Assembly (NCBI GenBank): GCA_965200155.1
Contig: CBDATR010000034.1
Coordinates: 96,001-160,000, forward strand
Origin: Nitrosopumilaceae archaeon
GTDB taxonomy: Archaea > Thermoproteota > Nitrososphaeria > Nitrososphaerales > Nitrosopumilaceae
Direction: 5' to 3'
DNA: 64,000 nucleotides
A program made the translations under genes and the position numbers. Below the pieces are notes generated by a model. The model saw only the letters and a program-made list of their open reading frames with translations, was not told the origin of the DNA and ran no database searches. Numbering within the stretch: position 1 is the first letter of the stretch; each line of letters opens with the position of its first letter. This document shows positions 21,061-30,383 of the stretch, one piece after another.

Positions 21061-21915
21061 GTAACCGTTTAGGTCACACGACACCTTAACCATATGTTCT
21101 GATTAATCCAATACATGTCATATGGAAGACCCAGAGGTTGAGATTCTGGGGGACAAGCTAGCCATGGCTGAATACAAAAGAAACATCAAGATCAATGAAG
21201 AAAAAGATGTGACTATCCGCAGATTATATGAGAAGGATCTCGAATCAGTCAATGCCAATATGCGTAAAGAATTGGAATTGCGGGAGTGTTTAGCTCGACT
21301 AATGGAAGAATACAACCGTAAGCATAACTGTTGAAAGGCTGCCGGATGATATATCCGGAAATCAAAATACTGCGGGACAATCTGACCAAGGCCATAGGCG
21401 TGAATGGTAAACTGATAAGAATAATTCGTGGGAAAGAAATTATCATCGAGATACAGTCAGACGAAATTACAAGGTTAGAGACAACGTTGAAGATACTCCT
21501 TGCAGCAAGGGATAAAGTTAATAAGGAAGAATCTCCGGTATTATGAAAACTCGCATACCCCTTCATCCTAGAACTCCATTCCACCGAAGTCAAAAAGGGC
21601 TGCACAAAGAAGGGCTAATGCCGCAAAAAATACCGGCAAATGTGGCCGGAAGAATGGACACTGGAAAATCCCACAGCAGAAAGCCGGACACAATAGTGCT
21701 CAAGACACCTGACAAGTACCCAAAATCTGGAAAAGACCGGCAACACAACAACAGACATACCCGCCATTCCGAAAGCGGAGGTTACCGCACACATGACGAA
21801 TAAGTGTCGGTGCCGGGAATGCAATACCATTATCGATACGGTGCATGATCCCGACGTAATCCAGGGCACGCAATTTGGACGCAACTTACTGACCATCATA
21901 ACCGACTCATCAATA
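21061..21915 (+). mobile_element. Decayed IS66-family element, left part; probable partner of MITE family B
   Basis: Starts gtaaccgtttaggtcac; coiled-coil ORF pieces, YENSHTPSS, CRCREC zinc-finger piece, GTQFGRNL. Confidence 0.6.
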
Positions 21916-22256
21916 GTACGAAAAGTAAGTCCACTTAGGATCCAGCGTACAGTAGCTCAGATTGCACAAGCCAGATGGTAAAGAGAATAACAGAGGAATC
22001 AAGACAAAAGAGGCGTTGCCACAACCAACATCTCAAGACCTGAAACAAGACACGTACGAAGATTGTGAACCAGAGAACGGGAACGACTTAAGATGGGCAT
22101 GCCTATGATACCAATCACCGCCACCCAGATACGAATGGTAACTGAAGCACACAGCAAGGATCCCGCCGGAGTAGTACGTATTGCAAAGAGGCTTAGACAT
22201 GATACATATCGCGCAGTATGTCGCATAATGAAAAAGAACGGTACGGCAGCCTCATC
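21915..22256 (+). pseudogene. IS481-like transposase N-terminal fragment (second copy about 24674-25019)
   Basis: HSKDPAGVVRIAKRL...YRIMKKNG resembles HKKEPVGVLRTAVRL...YCIMKNN at 26900-27050. Confidence 0.55.
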
Positions 22257-22357
22257 GTATGAGTTCACGTCTTCCGGAATCTTATGCACAAATCACATTA
22301 ACTAGAACAACCTGTTCCATCAGTTATGCGTAAATTTAGACACAGGTGAACTCACAC
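22257..22357 (+). mobile_element. MITE family A (101-bp type), no TSD
   Basis: TIRs; flanks differ. Confidence 0.92.
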
Positions 22358-22545
22358 TGTTTTTCTTCTAATTTCTCTTCCAATTCATTTACATAATTTC
22401 TAATAATTTGGAAATCTTGTATGTGATTTCGTATTTCTTCTATGGTGCGTGTGACATATGTGCTTCCAATACTCTCAGACGTTCCTTGTAATGTGCAAGA
22501 TCTTTCTTGGTAGACGCAAGGGTATCCTGAAGAAGCTTATTTTTC
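22358..22545 (-). mobile_element. Internal fragment of the IS66 element
   Basis: Reverse complement closely matches about 37093-37280. Confidence 0.8.
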
Positions 22546-22646
22546 GTATGAGTTCACGTCTTCCGGAATCTTATACACAAATCACATTAACTAGAACAAC
22601 CTGTTCCATCAGTTATGCGTAAATTTAGACACAGGTGAACTCATAC
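22546..22646 (+). mobile_element. MITE family A (101-bp type)
   Basis: TIRs; left flank tatttttc equals the right flank of the copy at 25020-25111. Confidence 0.92.
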
Positions 22647-22871
22647 AACAATCCAGCGTAGCAGGCTCTGCGATACGCAGTGGTATTCCGCAAGATTAGT
22701 GGCCAGATAAAGGGTGGTGAAAGGGCCATGCGCCGCATGTCCACATGTGTTCAGAGATGGCGGGCTCAGGGCCTTTCTGTAATGAGCGAGGTTGCTACCA
22801 GAATGCAATTATAATTAAAAAACTGGGATGCATTCTATCTTATTATGTGATCAAAACACGTGAACTCATAC
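22647..22871 (+). mobile_element. Right-end fragment of the IS66 element
   Basis: Matches 38408-38642 including TIR tgatcaaaacacgtgaactcatac. Confidence 0.85.
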
Positions 22872-22881
22872 CAGAATAGAG

Positions 22882-22973
22882 GTATGAGTTCACCTGTGTC
22901 TAAATTTACGCATAACTGATCGCGACAGTTAATGTGATTTGTGCACAAGATTCCGGAAGACGTGAACTCATAC
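22882..22973 (-). mobile_element. MITE family A (92-bp type), no TSD
   Basis: TIRs; flanks differ. Confidence 0.92.
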
Positions 22974-24364
22974 CTTAACTTTTCTGTTTCACACGAGTCT
23001 GTGTGGGAAAACCCATGATATTAGGTCAATTGCTCGTATCTAACAACTTGGTTTAGACGTGCAGGGTGGGAGAAGTGATTCTGCGCATACGGTCTAATAT
23101 CGCAAATCAAGTCAACACCCGACTTTAAGGAAATTGTTCCAGGCCGAGCCGGAGGGGAGATAAAGACTGACGGGACACATGTACGCGTACAACGTCCTGA
23201 AAAAAATCAGGAGGCAATGTACTCTGGTAAACAAAAAACCCACACGTATAACGTACAGATAACATCAAACAAGAAAAGACTGATAATTCACGTCAGTGGA
23301 GTATATGAGGGAAAAAGACACGATTATGGTATATTCAAGAATGATATTCCCCTTGGAGGCAAATGGGGCAAGTCCCTAAAAGAATCAACCACGCTGCCAT
23401 CTGAGAAGATAACAGTAATAGCAGATGCAGGATACCAGGGTATGAAAGACTTCCTACCCGGCGCAAAGGTCATAATTCCATACAGGGGTAGGGAATCACT
23501 CACTAAAACTGAAAGGAAATACAACCAATATGTATCAAAAAGGCGCATATTAATCGAGAATGTAATTCGAATGCTAAAGGTATATCGTAGATTAAGTCAG
23601 GTATATGATGGTAGTCGTGAGGAATTCCGGGAAGATCTACTCGTAGTATCCGGGTTGCATAATTTACACATTATGCACAAGCATACCAGGTACAAGAAAT
23701 TTTTGAAAAATATCTGTCCATAATTTCCGTGTTATTATAATTCGAATATTACTCATCAGAAAATCCACTAAATTAATGGGTTTTGTGGTAACCATTTAGC
23801 TCACTCATGATATACGTCATCAAGATCCGGTCACCCCACTACACGACATTTGTAATCACGGCATACGTTAGTGCTGACAGGTGCCATTAACATTGTTCAT
23901 GCTTGCCTGATTGTGTGCCATAAAATACACCCCAGTTTGAAGCAACATGGGCTATTCCTGTCAATCATGCGCATAAGGTCTATTGCTTTTGCAACGGTAT
24001 CGGCCGTTGGGAGTATCTTGATCAGTCCCTGCTTTGTAAACTGGATGTAACGACATATGTTTGACTGGTTTATCTTGAGTATTGCAGCAAGAAGCTCTTG
24101 CTTTGTATTGCAGCGCAGGCGTATCAGTGTAACTAATGGTACATGCCTGACCGGAAATTTGTTCACGTGCCCGCGATCATTTGTAAGTTCTAAGAATCGC
24201 CGTGCATCATCGCCTTCCAGGGACTCTACGTATTCTGTGAATCTGATTAGTATCCATTTGAACTCTTCCGGGGTGCATCCGGTCAGGGAATGAAGCTGAT
24301 CCTTGCGTTCTATGATATCATCAAGATTTGAAACGAGGGCATTCTTTGTTTGAGCTTCAAGTTT
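22974..24364. mobile_element. Rearranged IS5-family (ISL2/DDE_Tnp_4-type) element, inside-out
   Basis: Left TIR ends at 23095; C-terminal half on + (TDGTH, YSGKQKTH, ADAGYQG, IENVI) with right TIR ending at 23981; N-terminal half on - (23982-24364). Confidence 0.8.
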
Positions 24365-24465
24365 GTATGAGTTCACGTCTTCCGGAATCTTATGCACAAA
24401 TCACATTAACTAGAACAACCTGTTCCATCAGTTATGCGTAAATTTAGACACAGGTGAACTCATAC
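24365..24465 (+). mobile_element. MITE family A (101-bp type), no TSD
   Basis: TIRs; flanks differ. Confidence 0.92.
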
Positions 24466-25019
24466 CCTGACAAGTACCCAAAATCTGGAAAAGACCGGCA
24501 ACACAACAACAGACATACCCGCCATTCCGAAAGCGGAGGTTACCGCACATATGACGAATAAGTGTCGGTGCCGGGAATGCAATACCATTATCGATACGGT
24601 GCATGATCCCGACGTAATCCAGGGCACACAATTTGGACGCAACTTACTGACCATCATAACCGACTCATCAATAGTACGAAAAGTAAGTCCACTTAGGATC
24701 CAGCGTACAGTAGCTCAGATTGCACAAGCCAGATGGTAAAGAGAATAACAGAGGAATCAAGACAAAAGAGGCGTTGCCACAACCAACATCTCAAGACCTG
24801 AAACAAGACACGTACGAAGATTGTGAACCAGAGAACGGGAACGACTTGAGTAAAGATGGGCATGCCTATGATACCAATCACCGCCACCCAGATACGAATG
24901 GTAACTGAAGCACACAGCAAGGATCCCGCCGGAGTAGTACGTATTGCAAAGAGGCTTAGACATGATACATATCGCGCAGTATATCGCATAATGAAAAAGA
25001 ACGGTACGGCAGCCTCATC
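24466..25019 (+). repeat. About 550-bp near-identical duplicate of 21708-22256
   Basis: Same sequence from cctgacaagtaccc to gcagcctcatc; both copies end at a MITE. Confidence 0.9.
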
Positions 25020-25111
25020 GTATGAGTTCACGTCTTCCGGAATCTTATGCACAAATCACATTAACTGTCGCGATCAGTTATGCGTAAATTTAGACACAGG
25101 TGAACTCATAC
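25020..25111 (+). mobile_element. MITE family A (92-bp type)
   Basis: TIRs; right flank tatttttc. Confidence 0.92.
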
Positions 25112-25243
25112 TATTTTTCAGCTCCAATTCCTTATAGGACCGGCGTCTTCTCATTAGATTCTTATTGTAAATTTGGTATTTAAGCAAAATATTGTCATAC
25201 CAATCTATATCTTAGTGAATGATCAAAACACGTGAACTCATAC
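25112..25243 (-). mobile_element. Left-end fragment of the IS66 element
   Basis: Reverse complement matches 36969-37100 including TIR. Confidence 0.85.
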
Positions 25244-25402
25244 GAATCATGAACTAGATTCACAAGGTGTGTGTAATTGGTAAATTCATGAACCCGTAAT
25301 AATTCGCAGGTTCCCGATTACGCGCCCCATTACCATTGAGGCACATTTCGCCGCATACCAGTTATGACTAGGTATGTCACTATCCGGTAATAGTCTTCCA
25401 GT

Positions 25403-26191
25403 TCATTTGTAGCGGCCCTGCCATGCATACTTTTGCCCTATTCTGCCCTCGGATAATCGACTCTTTATCATCTCTACGTATCGTGATTGCAGCTCGCACG
25501 TCATGTATGTTAATCCCATACTCTTTGCCTGAATGACCTCCGAGCCGCTCCCCCCGAATAATATGAAAATGGTATCGCCGGGAATGGTGCACGAGCGCAT
25601 TAACAGCCCGGATAAACTTTCAGGTATCTGGCATGGGTGTATGGTTTTAGTCCTGGATACGTTCTTGATTAAATTCATGTTAATCCAGGAATAGGGCATT
25701 CTGCCCATGTGGCCGTCTTTTATACGCTGTTGTATTCGGCTATCTGTTGGATTCTGGTACGGCTGCGCCACCTGTTCCTTGTAGAATTTATTGTTCCTTG
25801 ATTTTGTAACATGTAATATGGAGCGGTGAGCCGTGGTGAATCTTCGCGGAGAATGCCCTACATTGGTATTATACACCCATACATAGTCATGTACTGAGTG
25901 GGCATTATCATCCAAGTACTTGACGCGCAAGTGGGCATTCTGCTTTGGGTAGTTAATGAAGAATAAGTTTCCGTCAGGTTTCAGAATACGTAAGCACTCC
26001 TTGGCTAAACTCACATACCATTCTATGTAATCCTGAAATGATGTTGTGAATGATTCCCCGTCATACTTTATACCTACATTATAGTCAGGGTCTCCGTATA
26101 TCATGTCTAGAGAATTATCTGGCATGTCATTCATTACCCCAAATACATTCTCGTTAAGTACGGCATTCCTGTATTTTTCCGGTAACACCAT
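25403..26191 (-). CDS. Orphan N4/N6 DNA methyltransferase (beta class)
   Basis: Catalytic-like motif GDPDYN precedes HPCQIPESL and SAM-binding-like LFGGSGS; no adjacent restriction gene. Confidence 0.85.
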   Translation of the reverse strand: MVLPEKYRNAVLNENVFGVMNDMPDNSLDMIYGDPDYNVGIKYDGESFTTSFQDYIEWYVSLAKECLRILKPDGNLFFINYPKQNAHLRVKYLDDNAHSVHDYVWVYNTNVGHSPRRFTTAHRSILHVTKSRNNKFYKEQVAQPYQNPTDSRIQQRIKDGHMGRMPYSWINMNLIKNVSRTKTIHPCQIPESLSGLLMRSCTIPGDTIFILFGGSGSEVIQAKSMGLTYMTCELQSRYVEMIKSRLSEGRIGQKYAWQGRYK

Positions 26192-26308
26192 TTACGGATG
26201 TGTATAATGATTTGTTATTTATGTACGCGTCATTCAAATCCTGACTGTTTCATACCGAAATTATGTCGCTTAGTCATCCGTATCCCTCTCCATCCATTTT
26301 GGGTCGTT

Positions 26309-27293
26309 CTATCTTGATGCGCGCCTACTATGAAATGCCCTGAGCGAGGTCTCCAGATTATACATGTAAAGAGCAAAGTGAAGCCGTATCTCATTGTAGT
26401 ACTCTACATAATCTGACAAGCTTTCATAATGGAATATCTCATCCTCGATGCTCCGGTGAAATCGCTCCAGCTTACCATTGGTCTGGGGCTGGGCTGGGAC
26501 GGCTATTGATGAGCTCAATACCCCGATTGAGCAGCTCTTTTTCGAATATTGCAGGCCTCCATTTCTTCTTTGGAGCCTTGCTACACACTCCAACGAGGCA
26601 TGATCCATTATCCGACCTGTATATTTTGGTGGCATCTTTCGAAATGAACATCCCGCTACACACTCCAACGAGGCATGATCCATTATCCGACAGTATAGCT
26701 GCCGGGGTTCAGAACTGCTCTATCGCCTTGCGTAATACCGTAATGGCGTTTTCTGACGTGGCCTCCCGGAACAGTTGAGCGGCAACTATGCGGCGCGAGG
26801 AGTCATCTATGCGATTCAGGCCCTCAAACCGCGGTTCTTTCATGACATACCGGTCAACATGCCACAGGGCATTGGAATACTTTCTTTCATATCGCACCCA
26901 CTTGCGTTTTTTAGATTTTGCGGGGGATGCGGTCACCAGATTGTTATTTTTCATGATACAATATATGCGCCGGTACTGATCTTTCCTCTGAGCCTGACAG
27001 CTGTACGCAATACACCAACAGGCTCCTTTTTGTGAGTATCCAGAACCTGTCGTATTTCTTGAAGTGTGATCTCCATACTGGGACGGCTGGCGCGTCCGGG
27101 AACCGGATACTTGCCGGTCCTGTGGAATTCGGTCTGAATGTGCCTTTGCAAGACACCCACTTCCCGGATATGTTCGAGGTGCTCTTTCCCTTACTGATGA
27201 CGTATCGGAGAACTTTTTCATCTCAGGTACTTGACCATGTTTTTCTTTGATTTGTAGAATCTCTGTTAGCCGTTTTTGGACTTTGCTAAACAC
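26309..27293 (-). pseudogene. IS481-like (rve integrase core) transposase pseudogene
   Basis: RYERKYSNALWHVD, DDSSR, ILSDNGS, PQTNGKLERFH, YYNEIRLH; frameshifted. Confidence 0.8.
26580..26691. repeat. Isolated repeat-spacer-repeat unit 3 (37+38+37 bp), CRISPR-like geometry
   Basis: gctacacactccaacgaggcatgatccattatccgac at 26580-26616 and 26655-26691. Confidence 0.9.
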
Positions 27294-27356
27294 TCATTCA
27301 TTAGCGCTTTAATCTTAGTGCGACCTAATTTTGATACACTTGATGTGTGAGTAATG

Positions 27357-28694
27357 CTATACAGGTACGCCCTTGTACTGGTATCGAAGTATCTTGTGGA
27401 ACAGGTTATGGGATGCGCCTATGGCAGTCATACTGGCAAGAACCCCCACAAAATTGCGTATTACCATTTCAGGATTTAGCTCCGCAGAGATTATGGGCTC
27501 CTCAAAGACTGTATGAAAATTATCAACCAGCCAGAATGTCAGGGTCACCCAGGACAGTATTCCAGCAATCATATAGCCCAGCCTAGTCCTGTTATGTACC
27601 ATGAGAGTGGCAAACACTATCACTCCATACCATATGATGGAGACCGGAAGCCACGGCACTCCGTATACATCTGGCCTGTCGTCTAGCCAGTAATACGTGG
27701 TTCCACATATTCCCAGTATGAACAAGGATATCATGAGAATCCTCTGATTCAGCCGGAACCCGGTTCTCTCGTTACGGGGCAGCGATTCATAGGGGGGCAG
27801 GTGATCAGTCTCCTTTACTACAATATCGATAGACTGGGTGATGGTCTTTAACTGCAATGGCATGATGTGATTAATGGAGTCATCGGACACAACCGTATCG
27901 TGCACCAAGCTATCAATCAGCGGCCTTGCCAGTGATGCCTTTACCGGCGTTATCAAGTCAACCCACAATGACGACAGGCGTGTACTCATGAATGGTATAC
28001 GCAGAATAATCAGCCTGCGGTTCAGGTATGCCGAGTAAGTCCTCATTAATTGCTCATATGTGACAATGTCGGGGCCGCCAATCTCGAATATCCGCCCCAC
28101 AGTCTCGCTCTTTTTGAGGCATCCTGCCAAATACTCCACCACATCGTCTATTGCAATGGGTTGTGCGTATGAGCCCACCCACGAGGGACAGATCATCACT
28201 CGCAGTCTCTCCACCAGGTAGCGCAACATGTTAAAGGAGCCCCCTTGCGCGCCGATAATTATGGAGGCGCGCAGCTCAGTTACGGGTATACTCCCGGATG
28301 CAAGAATCTCTCCCACACTCTTTCTACTCTTCATGTGAGGGGACAGTGACGTCTCATTCTCGTCGGTTAGCCCGCCAAGGTAGATGATTCTCCTGACATT
28401 TGATGCCTCTGCTGCCTCCAGAAAATTCCTGGCCTGCTGCTTCTCCCTTTCGGCAAAGTTATTCCATTCCCTCTTGCTTCCTTCCATGGAGTGTAACAAG
28501 TAGTATGCCACATCTATGCCCTTCATGGCGCGTTTCAGCGAATCCACATCAAAGGCGTCGGCTTGCATATATTCCACGTTACTATCATTCATATCCTGGC
28601 GGCTCATGCCCCGTACCTGATAATTTAGCAAGGCAAGTTTTCTTACCAGCCGGGATCCCACGAATCCCGTACAGCCGGATACCAGTATTGTCAT
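27357..28694 (-). CDS. NAD(P)-binding SDR/epimerase (YbjT-like) with C-terminal membrane domain
   Basis: GCTGFVG, AYYLLHSM, IIYLGGL, ELRASIIIG; four C-terminal TM helices. Confidence 0.85.
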   Translation of the reverse strand: MTILVSGCTGFVGSRLVRKLALLNYQVRGMSRQDMNDSNVEYMQADAFDVDSLKRAMKGIDVAYYLLHSMEGSKREWNNFAEREKQQARNFLEAAEASNVRRIIYLGGLTDENETSLSPHMKSRKSVGEILASGSIPVTELRASIIIGAQGGSFNMLRYLVERLRVMICPSWVGSYAQPIAIDDVVEYLAGCLKKSETVGRIFEIGGPDIVTYEQLMRTYSAYLNRRLIILRIPFMSTRLSSLWVDLITPVKASLARPLIDSLVHDTVVSDDSINHIMPLQLKTITQSIDIVVKETDHLPPYESLPRNERTGFRLNQRILMISLFILGICGTTYYWLDDRPDVYGVPWLPVSIIWYGVIVFATLMVHNRTRLGYMIAGILSWVTLTFWLVDNFHTVFEEPIISAELNPEMVIRNFVGVLASMTAIGASHNLFHKILRYQYKGVPV

Positions 28695-29089
28695 TGTATG
28701 AGCCCCCTAATGGTTACAAGACGTGAATTCATTGGCGCCTCCCTGTTGTACCAATATTACCATTAATACATACGAGAAATATTAGTTTGTTTAATGATTC
28801 CCGGAACCATTTAATTACGTCTGCAAGATTCTGCCACAAAGCAATAACATTGCGCCAGATTGGCATGAATCATACGTTGGATATAATCAGGCCATGAACT
28901 GCTCGTATGGCTGCCTGCATTATGTCCTGTTCTCTCATGTGATAATGATTCCCAGACTTGAAAAGTGACAGGGAGCCGTATCCGCGTTATGAGAGAATCA
29001 TTCATGTGTAGCGGGGACAATTCATTCTTAACGACGATGCAGGCGAACTTATCCAATGAGTTTTATATTATTTCTAGATATCATCACGA

Positions 29090-29542
29090 ATGATTGTGTG
29101 TCCGAACTGCGGTAGCCGGGACACACTACCAGATGCCGGTGCAAGCCAAAATACCAGAGCATGCCTAAAGTGCAACGCCAGATTTCATGATGAGAACAAC
29201 TACTCCGGACCGGAAAGTGGGAGTTACAATACGCAAGGCAGGAGACCGAGAGGGTATAACCACAAAAGTGAGAGAGCCACGCTGGTTCTGGCAGTGGTGC
29301 TGGGATTATTTGGACTGAGTGGCATAGGTCACATCTATCTTGGCAAGCTTCAAAGAGGATTGTGCATACTGGTTGGGTCCTTCTTACTAGCGGTGGTTGG
29401 CGTGGCCACCATTCCATTGTTTGTAGGGATTGTACTGCTAATCGTGGCCTTTATCATATTCATATGGCACATATTCAACGCAAGAAATCTGTGCAGGCAG
29501 TACAATGATCAACTTGCCAGAACCGGGGCGCCACCATGGTAG
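29090..29542 (+). CDS. Zinc-ribbon plus TM2-domain membrane protein
   Basis: CPNC and CLKC; LGLFGLSGIGHIYLGKLQRGL. Confidence 0.75.
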   Translation: MIVCPNCGSRDTLPDAGASQNTRACLKCNARFHDENNYSGPESGSYNTQGRRPRGYNHKSERATLVLAVVLGLFGLSGIGHIYLGKLQRGLCILVGSFLLAVVGVATIPLFVGIVLLIVAFIIFIWHIFNARNLCRQYNDQLARTGAPPW

Positions 29543-29790
29543 TGTCATATGGTACCAGAATTAAAGGTCCCTCGCATAATGGTCGATAACGGGGTCCACC
29601 AAGATTCATGTCATTTACAATCCAGTGACAGGCGCCGCGCCATCATCTGGGCGGTCATGGAGTATGAATCACAAGTCCCGGTCATAAAAGGCCAACTTGA
29701 CAGGCGCCAGATTGTCATCTTGTATGATCTAAGCGACTACCGACAAATTTACCTATATACATTTATACCACAATATCTTAATAATATAGA

Positions 29791-29961
29791 ATGGCAACAG
29801 CGCGATACTCGGGAGCATTTAACATGACTATAAAAGAATACAACATAATGAACAAGCTTGTGGACGAAAAGAAGATCCGGTCACGCAACGCGTTTCATCT
29901 TGAAATGATACGCCGGCACGGTCCGGCCATACTGGAAGGAAAGGAGCCACCGGTTCTGTAA
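29791..29961 (+). CDS. Putative 56-aa ribbon-helix-helix-like protein (below the ORF track cutoff)
   Basis: MATARYSGAFNMTIKEYNIMNKLVDEKKIRSRNAFHLEMIRRHG...; AT-rich tttata upstream. Confidence 0.4.
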   Translation: MATARYSGAFNMTIKEYNIMNKLVDEKKIRSRNAFHLEMIRRHGPAILEGKEPPVL

Positions 29962-30383
29962 TCATTTTTTATTTCTCTCAAGATAATTACCACGGGGACA
30001 CAGTTTCCTGCTTACATGTACTGGTTTGTGGCAGAATCCATGACATGGCTATGTTTCCGGGAGCGACCATATTTTCCGCTCATTCACCACTGCCCTACAA
30101 AAAACACGATCCCCCAAGGGATACCATTTGGCCAATATGTATACAAACACAAAAGCGGGAGGTACAATCCTGTTCATGTTTACTATAAATTGTATCGGAG
30201 CGGCAGTGATTCAAGTATGGCGTGAATTCGTGTCATGTGTCTGAAATGCCAGGTGAGTGTCACGCGCAAGTCACTCCCGGGTCATTCAAGAATGGCGTTA
30301 TTATACAAGGTGGAGAATGCCGTCATATTTTCAAGGTGTAATACTGTTGCTCTTAAATAATAATTCTTTGATATGACTCTGGT

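Noticed and set aside
29610-29722. tgacaggcgcc repeated 72 bp apart as a fourth, decayed repeat-spacer-repeat unit
   Set aside because: Only 11 bp are exact and the flanks align weakly; the spacing fits but the evidence is insufficient
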